The notes: generated by a model from the sequence alone, not told the origin. A DNA stretch of 64,000 nt from Lytechinus pictus (GCF_037042905.1 NC_087263.1:9488001-9552000); one strand, 5' to 3'; shown: positions 48,319 to 62,631, numbered from the stretch's first letter. Numbers and translations are program-made.

Positions 48319-51300
48319 GGGTGTCTGGAAAACGAAGACCGAAGACCGAAGACCGGGGACTCATATCACACTCGTGTGAAAGCGTTTGTACTTCACGCCC
48401 GAAGTGTGTACAAAGCAGTGCAAAGTGTGTACAAAACACGTGCGCGGGTTAGAATGGACTTTGGACCTTGCCCCGACACATGTTCTCCCATTGACAATGC
48501 ACGGGTCCCCGGTCTTCGATCTTCGTTTTCCAAACCCGTTGTTGGGTGTCTGGAAAACGAAGACCGAAGACCGGGGATCGCATTCGTTTAGCTAAGATAC
48601 CACTTATAAATGTCATTATGAAGGCCTCTATTATTCAGCTCAAATTCAAGAATATTCTGATCTAGAATACATTAATGTCATTAATTGGCTGATAATGAAG
48701 TCATGTTAATTAATTGCTTGTGTCAATAATTAGTATAATTAGACCAGTTGAAGCGGGATATGTCTCCCAGTTTACACCACTATTCCACTGAGACAAGTAA
48801 CAAACTCCAGTAATCAATCAGACCAGTTTCAAATTTCCAGTTAAAGGTTAACTCTAGACCAATAATTTCAGACCAGTTTAATTCTTAACTGGTCCAGTAA
48901 AGTGAACTCGACCAGTTAGACCAGTATGCCGTTTTTCCATTTTCCAGAATTACATTCTGTGAACTGGTTTTTCCTTCTTAATTGGGTGACATTAATTTGC
49001 AATTTTACTACCATTGACATAACGCATGTCCCCGGTCTTCGGTCTTCGTTTTCCAAACCTGTTGTTGGGTGTCTGGAAAACGAAGACAGAAGACAGGGGA
49101 TTGCGTATTCGTCTAGCTAAGATAGGCCTATAATATTCAGCTCCAGTTTAAGAATATTCTGATCTTGGATACGTCATCAGCTATGATTGGCTGCGGATAA
49201 GTTATGGTTATTTGTGTGAATATCGTTATCAGCTATAGGGCATGATATTAAGGATAACATACATATTTCACCCACGGAATTCAGCCATTGCAATTCTGAA
49301 AACTGTCATAAAACTGAAAACTTGCATACAATACACCTCATACTGCGCAATCACGTACAGGCAGACTCAACTCAACTGGCGTTTGCAACTATTTTACTAC
49401 CATTGACATTACGCATGTCCCCGGTCTTCGGTCTTCGTTTTCCAGACACCCAACAACAGGTTTGGAAAACGAAGACCGAAGACCGGGGACATGCGTAATG
49501 TCAATGGTAGTAAAATAGTTGCAAACGCCAGTTGAGTAATTCAGTCTGCTTGTACGTGATTGCGCAGTATGGGGTGTATTGTATGCAAGTTTTCAGTTTT
49601 ATAACAGTTTTCAGAATTGCAATGGCTGAATTCCGTGGGTGAAATATGTACATTATTTGTTATCTATCCTTATTAATCATGCCCTAGCTGATAACGATAT
49701 TCACACAAATAACCATAACTTATCCGCAGCCAATCATAGCTGATGACGTATCCAAGATCAGAATATTCTTAAACTGGAGCTGAATATTATAGGCCTATCT
49801 TAGCTAGACGAATACGCAATCCTCGGTCTTCTGTCTTCGTTTTCCAGACACCCAACAACAGGTTTGGAAAACGAAGACCGGGGACATGCGTAATGTCAAT
49901 GGTAGTATAAAATAGTTGCAAACGCCAGTTGAGTTGAGTCTGCCTGTACGTGATTGTGCAGTATGAGGTGTATTGTATGCAAGTTTTCAGTTTCATGACA
50001 GTTTTCAGAATTGCAATGGCTGAATTCCGTGGGTGAAATATGTACGTTATCCTTAATATCATGCCCTGTAGCTGATAACGATATTCACACAAATAACCAT
50101 AACTTATCCGCAGCCAATCATAGCTGATGACGTATCCAAGATCAGAATATTCTTAAACTGGAGCTGAATATTATAGGCCTATCTTAGCTAGACGAATACG
50201 CAATCCCCGGTCTTCTGTCTTCGTTTTCCAGACACCCAACAACAGGTTTGGAAAACGAAGACCGAAGACCGGGGACATGCGTAATGTCAATGGTAGTATA
50301 GTTGCAAACGCCAGTTGAGTTGAGTCTGCCTGTACGTGATTGCGCAGTATGAGGTGTATTGTATGCAAGTTTTCAGTTTTATGACAGTTTTCAGAATTGC
50401 AATGGCTAAATTCCGCGGGTGAAATATGTACGTTATCCTTAATATCATGCCCTAGCTGATAACGATATTCACACAAATAACCATAACTTATCCGCAGCCA
50501 ATCATAGCTGATGACGTATCCAAGATCAGAATATTCTTAAACTGGAGCTGAATATTATAGGCCTATCTTAGCTAGACGAATACGCAATCCCCGGTCTTCT
50601 GTCTTCGTTTTCCAGACACCCAACAACAGGTTTGGAAAACGAAGACCGAAGACCGGGGACATGCGTAATGTCAATGGTAGTAAAATAGATGCAAACGCCA
50701 GTTGAGTTGAGTCTGCTTGTACGTGATTGCGCAGTATCGGGTGTATTATGCAAGTTTTCAGTTTTATGACAGTTTTCAGAATTGCAATGGCTGAATTCCG
50801 TGGGTGAAATATGTACGTTATAATTGTTATCTATCCTTATTAATCATGCCCTAGCTGATAACGATATTCACACAAATAACCATAACTTGTCCGCAGCCAA
50901 TCATAGCTGATGACGTATCCAAGATCAGAATATTCTTAAACTGGTGCTTAATATTATAGGCCTATCTTAGCTAGACGAATTGACGCGATCCCCGGTCTTC
51001 GGTCTTCGTTTTCCAGACACCCAACAACAGGTTTGGAAAACGAAGACCGGGGACATGCGTTATGTCAATGGTAGTAAAATTGCAAATTAATGTCACCCAA
51101 TTAAGAAGGAAAAACCAGTTCACAGAATGTAATTCTGGAAAATGGAAAAACGGCATACTGGTCTAACTGGTCGAGTTCACTTTACTGAACCATGCAGTTA
51201 AGAATTAAACTGGTCTGAAATTACTGGTCTAGAGTTAACCTTTAACTGGAAATTTGAAACTGGTCTGATTGATTACTGGAGTTTGTTACTTGTCTCAGTG

Positions 51301-51761
51301 GAATAGTGGTGTAAACTGGGAGACCTATCCCGCTTCAACTGGTCTAACTATACTATTTATTGACACAAGCAATTAACATGACTTCATTATCAGCCAATTA
51401 GTGACATTAATGTATTTTAGATCAGAATATTCTTGAATTTGAGCTGAATAATAGAGGCCTTCATAATGACATTTATAAGTGGTATCTTAGCTAAACCAAT
51501 GTGATCCCCGGTCTTCGGTCTTCGTTTTCCAGACACCCAACAACGGGTTTGGAAAACGAAGATCGAAGACCGGGGACCCGTGCATTGTCAATGGGAGAAC
51601 ATGTGTCGGGGCAAGGTCCAAAGTCCATTCTAACCCGCGCATGTGTTTTGTACACACTTTGCACTGCTTTGTACACACTGGGCGTGAACTAAAAACGCTT
51701 TCACACGAGTGTGATATGAGTCCCCGGTCTTCGGTCTTCGGTCTTCGTTTTCCAGACACCC
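48319..51761. mobile_element. Foldback/Mutator-like non-autonomous element, 3443 bp, modular palindrome
   Basis: Ends gggtgtctggaaaacgaagaccgaagacc / ggtcttcggtcttcgttttccagacaccc; perfect 10-bp TSD tgaataactt (48309-48318, 51762-51771); arms over 1 kb; internal ~385-400-bp tandem units. Confidence 0.9.
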
Positions 51762-52838
51762 TGAATAACTTATTAATTTGTTGAAGATAAACATTGTTTG
51801 ACATGAAGCAGTCACAGTAACAGAAACACAAACTAATAATTTAACATTTCAGTTTCAGTTTCATTTATTTCACATATCTCATAAAACATTTAAATAAATG
51901 TTACAAAAAGTGTATACACATATTCATACAACTATACACAATAGATAATGGAAAAAAAAGGTTCGGCTTAAAAAAAAAAAAAAACAAAGAAGAAAAAATA
52001 CATGAGAAATCAAAGTGAATGGATAGGAGTGAATAACATTAAGTAGCTTCAAAATGATAAGGTGAGCGGTCCTATTGTAAAAGCAAAATAGAATTAATTT
52101 CTACATATTCATTATCATGCTTTAAAATATAGAAACACAAATTATTGTGATTAGGGTTCTGCCCTCTGAATGTTCTAAAGTTGAAGTATTTCATTAAAAT
52201 TCCTTCTTAGAAATATTAGAATAATACTGGAAGAATGTGTGAACGGTCTCAGTGGTCATTTCTCAGGAGGCATATCATAAACTTTTGAAAGGGTTAACAT
52301 CTGGAGAATTGTGCCAGGGAAAATATGATGGTGTTAAAAACTAAAAATCATCAGTCAATCAGATTTCTGCAGAAGAAAATTCAATTAATTGAAAATAGTC
52401 TAATTTTGAGGGCAATCAGCCTACAATTATTAATGTTTTTCCACTTTCGTGACAAAATTCATTCTCATGTGCATAAACTGTAGGTAAATTAATTTGTACT
52501 CAAGATTTAGGCTTACAGTATATGCCTTACATGTAATTGCATGATAAGTTTGTCTTAAAAGTGATGTAAAGGCTCTAAAAATATATACCTAATGCTTTGA
52601 AAATTGTTGATACAATTCTTAACATGTTGGCCATACTTGAACAAAAATAGGCACCTCATGTAGAAAGAAAAATAAAATATTAGAATGTTGAATTGAAAAG
52701 TAAATATTGCCAATATCATACCAGTTATTAAATGTGCTGTACAATTTAAAAGTTAATGCCAAATGCTTTAATACCACTAGATTGCATCTTTATCTTTATG
52801 AGTGCGAATTAAAAAATTATTTAGGGGGAGTGTTATAT

Positions 52839-54873
52839 GTCACACGACCCTATTAACATCGGGAAGGCAACAGATATTCATTTCAGACAACCCATTCTCA
52901 ATTTTTTTTAATTTTAATATGGCTGATTGACAAGGTGAATGAATATGATTGTCCATCTAACACTGATTCTATTTTGAGTAATTACTTACCTTCTTTTTCC
53001 CAAATTGGGAAGAGATATCACCAACTTTGGAACTATAATTTGACTGGTGGAAGGATAAGGGCTATTTTACTGTTTCAGGTGATGAATTTGATCCCTCAGG
53101 AGATTCCTTTATAATTGCCGATTTATTCTTAAAATCATCCCATGGGGGTCGAGGGACCCTTTTCTGGTCAGATATGGATTGTCAGATATATCCTATCCAC
53201 TGGTAGTAAATATTTGACCCCCCTCCCATTTCATTCTTATTTTTAAAGAAATTTTTAAAAGTGCTATTTTAACACACAAAATGTTTTGGGCCTGTGATAC
53301 CTATATCATCTAGGGTTTAGGTGTTTGACCTCTGTTGACCATCAGTGCATTTGTTGACAGATCATAGGACCTTCCCATTGGGAAAAGGAGTCAATATCTG
53401 CCTTTTATGAGGTCATAAAAACATCACAACTTGGAATCCAGGGGAAAAGGGGTGTCAAAATATATTTATAGCTCATTCTTTGTACTTGAAAATGGACCCT
53501 TGTCAGTTTCATTAATTGATGACAAGAAGGGTCCCCAAGGATTTCAATGAAATATATCCCTCCTCTCATTTTTGAGGCCATATGTGGACGACTCCCTGCC
53601 AATCATTCTGAAATTGACACTGCGGTAATTTAATAAATCTTTGTGGAAATTGTTAATTTTCTCTTCATTAACCTGAAGTTTTCTATTTGTTGTTTTAATT
53701 TTTTTTTTGATTCGAGCCATTTGTGAATTGTTTTACCCTCACAGTGTGGCTTAGAGCATGCTATAGAGAAAAGATAATCTGACTTTTGAACATCCAGTAG
53801 CTACAAGGGGAACATAACTTGTAAATTCCAAGGTTTTAAAATAAATGTAAATCCAGATCAGCACTTTTCATCTTCTACTGGTAGGAGAAGGTGAAAAGAG
53901 AGAGGGCTGATGTATTGGTGTTTGAGTGAGTGTAGGTATCACAGGCCTAATTAATTTCCCATAGACTTGTGTGTTAAAGTGGCACTTAAAAAAATCATAA
54001 AAAATAAGGAGGAAATTCGAGGGTTGAATGTTTACTACCAGTGGACAGGATATATGTCTGAGATTCCATATCTGACCAGAAAAGGGTACCTCGACCGGCT
54101 CATTTTAAAAATAAATTGGCATTTATGAAGACTACACCTGACAGGATCAAATTCATCACTTGAGAGAGTAAAATGGCCCTAATTCTTCCGCCAGTAAAAA
54201 AATAGTTCCAAAGTAGTGATATATCTTTCCAATTTGGAAAAAGGAAGTTCAGTAGGTACCCTCCCTAGAATCAGTGTTAGATTGTCAATCATATTCATTC
54301 ATTTTTGTCAATCAGCAATATCAAATTTCAAAATTGAGCAATGGGTTGGCTGGAATGAATATCTTTGGCCTGCCAGTTGTAGTTATAGGCCTGTGTGACC
54401 TAAATATAGATTTCACAGGCCTAATTCATTTCCCATAGACTCGTGTGTTAAAGTGGCACTTAAAAAAAAATCATAAAAAATAAGGAGGAAATTTGAGGGT
54501 TGAATGTTTACTACCAGTGGACAGGATATATGTCTGAGATTCCATATCTGACCAGAAAAGGGTACCTCGACCGGCTCATTTTAAAAATAAATTGGCATTT
54601 ATGAAGACTACACCTGACAGGATCAAATTCATCACTTGAGAGAGTAAAATGGCCCTAATTCTTCCACCAGTAAAAAAATAGTTCCAAAGTAGTGATATAT
54701 CTTTCCAATTTGGAAAAAGGAAGTTCAGTAGGTACCCTCCCTAGAATCAGTGTTAGATTGTCAATCATATTCATTCATTTTTGTCAATCAGCAATATCAA
54801 ATTTCATAATTGAGCAATGGATTGGCTCGAATGAATATCTTTTGCCTGCCAGTTGTAGTTAGGCCCGTGTGAC
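52839..54873. mobile_element. DNA element with ~465-bp imperfect TIRs, right TIR duplicated in tandem
   Basis: 52839-53303 is the diverged reverse complement of 53933-54399 and 54413-54873; termini gtcacacg / (c)gtgtgac. Confidence 0.75.
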
Positions 54874-57800
54874 CTGTAGGGTTTTTCAAAGGAGATTGTC
54901 AGTGATGTCTCCTTGTTTTTTCCCAAACAAATAATCATTAATGTCCAGGCCTAAACTAACTGTGAATAGTGACTGCCAAACATTAAAAATAGATTTAAAC
55001 CTCTTTGTGGATTTGAATTCAAAGCTAAAAGATTTGAATCTTCATCCTATGAGGTTTAAGAGTAAATATTAGCATTCAAAACAAATTCAATTTCGGGCTG
55101 GTTACTATTTATAGGCACTCTGGATTTAGGCCTGTTTTAAATCCTTTGAAATTAAAGTGTTTGGAATTATGCATCAGTATTATTGTCGCACTTCATATTT
55201 TTAGACAAAAATATGTAAAAATATTGTGAACATACGGGTTAGGACGTTAGGTGAAAGATTTGGCCTATCATCCACTCTGTTGTCAGATTCCCTCACATAT
55301 CTCATCAATTCTAATGACCCAATTTCACAGAGAATTCATATTTTTCTGTTACTCTCAGCTAAGGTCGTGATCTAATCCTCATCATCAATTCTTCTCATTT
55401 TAAGCATGACATTTGACGAAAGTACACTTGGCTGGGCTGGAGTGTAGGGGGGATGTAGGGGTATCCAACCCCCCTCGCTTTTTTTCAAATATGATGTTGG
55501 CAGATTTTAAACTACTTTTCAAGTTTTCATGCAGGTTTCCATTTCCATCTTTTCCCCTTGTTTAGACATACATGTAAATGCTGACTTATTGTAAAAATGT
55601 ATTCTGAAATAGATAGTGGCAGATCTTTATGAATATGGTTCAAGGTCCCTGTCCCAACCCTCTTACATGTACAGTGTATGTCAATGTCCATATAGGCCTA
55701 CATGTATGTTTTAAATCAGATTCCATGTAGTAATTAATTTTTGTGCTCCAAAACATTTACAGTTATGTCTACAGTTATGACAGTGCTTGATGGCTAAGTC
55801 GAGTTTAAGTTTTACGATATTGGATATTGATGTAATGATGACATAAAAATGCTGTTATATTTCCAAGTTTTGAACTTGTTTTCTTGCTTTTTTTTTTTTT
55901 TTTGGTTGCTTATTTTACTGTTGATTCATTTATGTATAAATTTATTTTTATAGATTATATGTTTTTTGTCACTATCCTACGCATGAGATAATACATCTAG
56001 TGAGTAATAAGATAATCCAAGCAAGCTCTCTAATCTCTTCCCCAGAAACTTTTCAAAATCTGTTCCTCTCCCTTTTGCCCATCCCTCTCTTCCTAACCTT
56101 AAAAAAAAATCATCCTCAGGAAAGAAGGAAAAGGCAAGGTCAAAGGTACAAAGTTGTCAAAGGCTCAGTTTGTATACTTAAGATCAGCTGACCCCATTAT
56201 CTGTCTGACACTCACATCTGTGTAATATCTTTATTTCGTCTGCATTTTTAGTTTGTGTCACTTGCTACACTACCATGCAAATGCAAGTGATGCAACTTCT
56301 GTATACCCGGTACATTCAAACACCTCACTGTACACCTTACTTACACTACAGCTGATATCTCTACACATCTTATCCTTGGCAAAAGGGGTATATATCTACT
56401 ATATTTTTCTTACACATATTTGTCTTATCCTATTGTACATGTATATGCAAAGGGGTATTTTCAGTATAATTTTAATATATTTGCTTAAACATATTTGTTT
56501 TATCCTATGCAAAAAAAAGGTTTATTTCAACTATTACTATTTTTCTGAAATGTATTTGCTTTACCCCCCCCCCCCCCGCAAAAAGGTACATTTTCAAAAA
56601 AAACAACAACTATTTTTGCTTTTATATATTTGTTTTATACTTTGCAGAGGGGGTATATCATATGTATATTTTTACTTCCATACATTTGTTTATTATTTTC
56701 CCCTTTAATTTTTGTGGTACATGTACATGTACATGTACTATTTATAGAAATAAGCTACTTTTATCAAATTGGGGAAAATGGAATGGTTAAAGTTGGACAT
56801 TGTCATGTTATAAAATGATTGAATTGCATTTCTCTTTGACATCATGCAATCACGGCTGGAATTTCATCAAAATTTAGTTTGATTAGATTAATTCAAAGGA
56901 ATTATGTTCTTTATCAATTATCTGTTTGCTAGTGAATACATTTCAATCCAGAAATCAACAAAAATAAATCAAATAGTTTTATATTTAGCATGTAGACTTA
57001 GTTATTCTTGACAGTGGCAAAAGGGAGCAAAAATGAATAATCTTTGCAAGGGCAGTTAAAATTTTTAACTTTCAGGTTGCCTTTGCAAAGTTAGACCTAG
57101 GCCTATAATATGTCAGAATTTTCAAACTATTTCTTTGATCAGTTAACAACTTTGAGAACCTTCAAGTTCCCACACCAATTTGTCACCACATCTGTGTATT
57201 GCATTTGATTCAACAATTTGATTTTTCAAAGTGAATTTCCAGTTCAAGTGTGATAGATCTGTGACTTGCATGACTTCCATCCTATTTTCTGTTTATGAAG
57301 GGATATTTTTTTAAATATAGAATCATGATGCCTTTGATAATCCTGTTAGGATTTCTTGCAGCTTTCCATTTGTATGCTGCGATAGGAACGTTATGGTTAA
57401 AATTATACAACTATATTTCTAATTATCATTCTGCTTGTTTTGTATGGTATCCTTGACCTTCATCATACTCATTATTTCACATTTCTTGTTAGATTTCAAA
57501 AGTTATCAGCCCTTTGAATGATCTGCTTTGATCAGTACCAGAACAGTACAGTCAAAATGATTTTTTTTTTATTACAGTAATTAATGTAGGAGCTTTAAAC
57601 TTATCCACTATGCTTGTGTCAGTGCACCCATCATCAATACTTTGATACGGAAATAAGAATTCAACACAAATATGAAAATAAGTATTTGAAATTGATTGGT
57701 CTGACATGTATTTGCTGGTTAATGAAATATTTTTATAAGCAATGCCTTCAACACGTCCCCAATCAAATTAATAATATGTTCTTCTCATCTTACTTTAGTT

Positions 57801-59194
57801 TTTCGGTCTAAATTAAAGCTCATGTGCCTAAAACAAGATAAACTGCTTTTGTAAAAATGAAAGTAAAACAGCGCTGCAGTTCTTACAGCAAGCTGAAAAA
57901 CAAAACGTGTAATTATCTGTTCGTCATATGATTCAACACTTTATCTCATAATCGCCTCACCCTAGCAGCGCCACTTGTATTGATTTTAGTTCGGGGCTTT
58001 TGCGATTAGGAGTACTCCAACGTGGGGCACGGCGCTGGGGTTTCGCAGGGGTGGAAAGGAGATACGCGTAATGTGCCCTCGCGGCTCTTTTTGTTGTGCC
58101 GAAGAGGAGAAGGGAGATACGAAGAAGCGTTCAGTATCGGTTTTTAGCCTGGAGCGCATGCATGGGTATTCATAGAGCCAGGTGGCACAGCGCCGCCACA
58201 TAAACTTTTTTCAAAGAATTCTCCTTGAAGACAGATTATCTTTGTATATTTATATGTTTCCCTTTCATTCTTTTTTTTTTTTTGGGGGGGGGGATTCGTA
58301 TAGGAAAGGGGGGAAGTTGGCAAGGGGATATAGTAAATGGCACTAAATTTTGCATATTGCATGTACATGTATGTAGAAATAACGTAATTTTGCAATTGTT
58401 TGTAATAATTTTTTATGATTAGCACAACATGAACTTGTCTTTGTTCATAAAAATTATATTTTGCACAATTATGGCAGATACTATCTTATATAATTCAGAA
58501 ACTCATTTGCAGTTTAAGATCGCTATATACAGTTGATAATGATAAATTTGTTCAGATCTTAATGAACACCTAAAGCTGTGAAACACACTTCTAAAGCATG
58601 AATGAACATTAAAGCAAACTTTATTGGCTCTTCTATTTTTTTCTCTTTTAGTGTATAATATTTATTTTTTTCTTTAAACCAGAAACAAACAAATTAAACA
58701 TTAACAAATACAAAGTGGTGCAAAATTTTACATCCTTTCACTCTCATATCTGCATTCTTTATAGATGCTTTATTTCTGCATATATAATGAAGATTGACAT
58801 GTATAAACTCATGGTGTGGGGTTTTTCATAAACAGGAAGTATTATACTCTTTGTGTCATTTTAGGTGCATTTGGGGCGTTAATAAGTACCTTTGTAAAGG
58901 GATTAGGCTTGGTTTGGAAGAAAAATGGAAATTTATTTCTCTTTTGTTCAACGAATTGGTGGAACGTGCTTATTCCCACGTAGCCAAATTATTTTGTAAG
59001 TTCTCTTGCAAGTTGAACTTTTCGAATTAAAAGTTGAAAATAAAAGTTCGGTAGTTGAGTTGAAAGGTATTGCTGTATGGTAGTTTTATTTTGTTCATCT
59101 CATTTATGATTATGTACATTATACACAGGAAGACTTTTTGTTGTATTTGAACTACATGTACATGTATTTCACTCAACTGAATGGCAAACTTTTC

Positions 59195-59556
59195 CACTTA
59201 CCATTTTTCAAAAGAAAAAGGTCTTTTGATGTGCATATGATTTTAGGGAAAGAGATTTTAAACCAAACTGGTAAAAATCGATTATCTACCATTTTTCAAA
59301 GAAAAAGGTATTTTGATGTTTGTTATGATTTTAAGGAATACAGATTTTAAACCAAACTGGTAAAAATCGATTAACTACCATTATTCAAAGAAAAAAGTAT
59401 TTTGATGTTTGTTATGATTATAAGGAAAACAGATTTTAAACAAAACTGGTTAAAATCGTTTGACTACCATTTTTCAAAGAAAAAGGTCTTTTGATGTGCA
59501 TTATGATTTTAAGGAATACAAATATGAAACAAAACTGGTAAAATCGATTGATTACT
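59195..59556. repeat. ~89-bp tandem repeat, 4 copies
   Basis: taccatttttcaaagaaaaagg...aaactggtaaaaatcgatt at about 59199, 59287, 59376, 59465. Confidence 0.85.
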
Positions 59557-61747
59557 GAAATCTGGGATTCTCAAAGACTAGGCAAAGGGATACTGGTTAT
59601 TGAGCACATCGTTTGACCGCAATCTTTTTAATGTGGCAAGAATGTCAAAATACAGAAATTACTATTGATGTCAGTTTCAGTGTATTGGTAAATTCAATTT
59701 CAACTTGACTTTTGAGCTAAGTATTCAAATGTTGTAACTATTGTCAAACAAAGGTGTGAAATGAAGAATGTGAGAGCAAGATATTTGCTTCTCTCACACA
59801 AAATAATCTTTATTCCTTTATTACTGGTCGTATCGTCACCGAAGGCGGCAATTTTCCACCCCCTTCGTGGCCCGCATTATCCCTTGGTTGAGAGGATGCA
59901 AACATACTCGCAGGGGCATAACAAATTCAATACTCCCAGGCCATAGGGTGCATGGGGGTTTCTAAGCGTGAAATTGGAAAGGCAAAATACAGAGAAAGCC
60001 TATATTTCTTTTTATTCATATATTGATTCTCTTTGTAAATATAATACTGTTTTGATTATCAAATTTAACTGTAGGGTACTTTGAAGTGCCTGGGCAAATG
60101 TTGGTCCAACTTCTTCATGTTTCATTTGATGTTAAATTCCCCTTGCACTTCGAATGTCGAAAAGCGTGAAATTGAAATGTCATTTTGGCTGGAGTCTAAG
60201 AGAAATAACAAATGATTAGATGTGTCAACGGTTTGATATTTTGGTGGAGTTATTTGAAAATTTGATGCAGTAATTTCCTTGGTGCATTTTGCACTATCTT
60301 CTTTAAATATTTATTAGAATTTGGGTGTTTGTTTTTCCCAAGGAATGCTTCAAATGAATTGTGATATGCAGAATATCCACTTTTTTGTTTTTGGTTGTGC
60401 ATTCTTTCTTTACATTCAAATTCTGAGCTGGGATCTAAGTAGACCTCAAGAATATGGTGGTTATTCATAACATTATAACTGAATAATGAAAATAATCTTG
60501 ACACCGAAGCTCAAATTATTCTTAGAACTACTTGAAATGATTCCAAGTTACTAACTGGGCTGGCCCAGGGCCGGGTAAGGACTAAGGATTCAGTATGTTG
60601 TGGCACTATATTCTAAGCATGATGTGTAAAAATTATACAATTGTCACAAAATAATAAGACACATACAGAAACCACACTCTCAATGTTCCATCAAAGCTGT
60701 CTAGAGGGGTGTTAAAACAAATATTTAACTTTTCACTTTGAAAAGACTTTTGGACCTGGAGATAATTTCTGATTTTGGAAATTATTTGTTGAGTACCACT
60801 TATCTGTGGTTAATGAATAATTTTTTTTCTGCATATGAGGTCAGTTATCAATAAAATCACAAATGTTTGAGCATTTATTATTGATCAAATAAAGAAAATA
60901 ATTATTTATTGATTGATTTACAGATTGATTGAATAATTCAATAGCCATATATACTGGCTAAGTCAACACAAAATCTATTCTGTGGAGAAAATAAAACTGT
61001 TTGTCACCTGCTTTAATTTTGGATGCATTCTTGGTTTAATAAACGTATTACAAAGCAAAATACAATGATTGTATTTTTTTCTTGATACAATATAAAGCGA
61101 AGATTTGATAGACGGGAAATTCTCATGGCTTTTAAACCATTTAAACATTTCAGTTGGCTGCACCGCCCTTTCAATTCTATTTGTCATGGTTTTATATATT
61201 GTGCATAAGTAATTAGCATTCAGAAGTGTATTTGGTGGTTCATAGAAAATAGTCAGATTTGACTCCACCCTCATGCACATAGGAATCGAATTGAATCTTA
61301 GCAACCGGGTACTGCCTTCCTCCTTTCTAAAAAATCATGATTTTCTGGTGGAATAGCACGATTACCAGTCAACCTGAAGCGCAGAGGAGCCAGCTCTGAT
61401 GGCACCCCGACTGTGCAATTGTCAGACCTCTGGACACGTTTGGTGAATAAATGAGTCGATAAAACCCTGACTTCTGGGTGCATTAGTGCCATTCTTGCCT
61501 GGCCCATGCATGATTCTTGGGGTTTTCGAGAGAGCTTTTTTTTTGTAGCTATGCATTTTGTATGGTGGTATCCAAGCGTACATAGTTTCAAAGGCATTTG
61601 CGTCGTTGAGAGGGGGAAAGCTCATTCTGATATGAATAGAGGTAGAGCCAGGATTTAATGAGAATGGGGGGAGGGGGTGCTGGGGCGCAGGAATCTCATT
61701 GTGTTATAAAAATCTCTTCAACACTGTTTCTAAGTAATATACCGAGG

Positions 61748-61931
61748 TTTTTTACCTGACTGCTAAGAAAGCACGAATGCCTGTGAGCAAGCAACCAGGG
61801 GACCAACGGCTTAAGGTCCTCTCCGAGGGACCTGGTAATGAGGATAAATGCCTTACCAAAGGGCACTAGCGCACCACTTGGGAATCGAACCCGGGTCACC
61901 GGAATCCGAAACCCCCGCTCTACCGACTGAG
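61748..61931 (-). mobile_element. tRNA-derived SINE
   Basis: Reverse: ctcagtcggtagagcggggg...ccgggttcgattcccaagtgg head followed by non-tRNA body gtgccctttggtaaggcatttatcc. Confidence 0.75.
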
Positions 61932-62631
61932 TGGGTAACTTTGATACTCAAAATCAATAAGGATTATTTATTGGATATGGTTGCTTAGTTAGAACAATGA
62001 TTGAAAAGAAAGAAAAAAAAAGAGAAGAGGGAAGTGGCCCCCGGCCCCCGTGCCCCACTTGGATACCAATATTACAAGCATTAAAAAATATCAGGATTAT
62101 CATTGTGCAGGGGGCCTACATGACAATGACCCGACTTTATGGAGGAATTATTCAAATAATTTCTGGATATTATGCTCTCCAGAATGCACTCCACATAGAT
62201 GAAAAATTGAAATTTTGAAATGGCTGCATATGTATCAGCTGTCAGCAGATTCATTCTCCAAGATTTGAACCATTAGCTAGCAATGAAATCATTGAATTTT
62301 GATGAGATATGCTCTTGCTTGAAAGTTACCTTCAACAAAGGAAGAAAAATCAGACCTTTGATCATGAAGGTTAAAAAGCTTGCTGGAAGAAAATGTGCAC
62401 TTTCATTCTATGAATAGGCTTGTAATAACACAATCAAAACTTGTAATACGGAGGTGACAAACGGCAAATACAGAGCCTTCCTTTAGCAAATTTGATCTGA
62501 AGCTTTATTGTGTCCGTTTTGTCGTTGGATGTTTGTCTAGGGTCAAGAGAGAAAGAACTAATAAAAAAAGAGTATAACGTGAAAATATTGTTTGCTTATT
62601 CATCTTCTCTTTGTTTGAAAAGATGAGCCTT

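Noticed and set aside
48376..51831. Repeated short ORFs (PGLRSSFSKPVVGCLENEDRR) and a CRISPR-like repeat-spacer look
   Set aside because: ORFs are translations of the H hairpin; spacers are 150-450 bp and repeated, there are no cas genes, and the context is eukaryotic
60975..61625. Cluster of minus-strand ORFs of 67-109 aa
   Set aside because: No recognisable domain and no consistent splice signals
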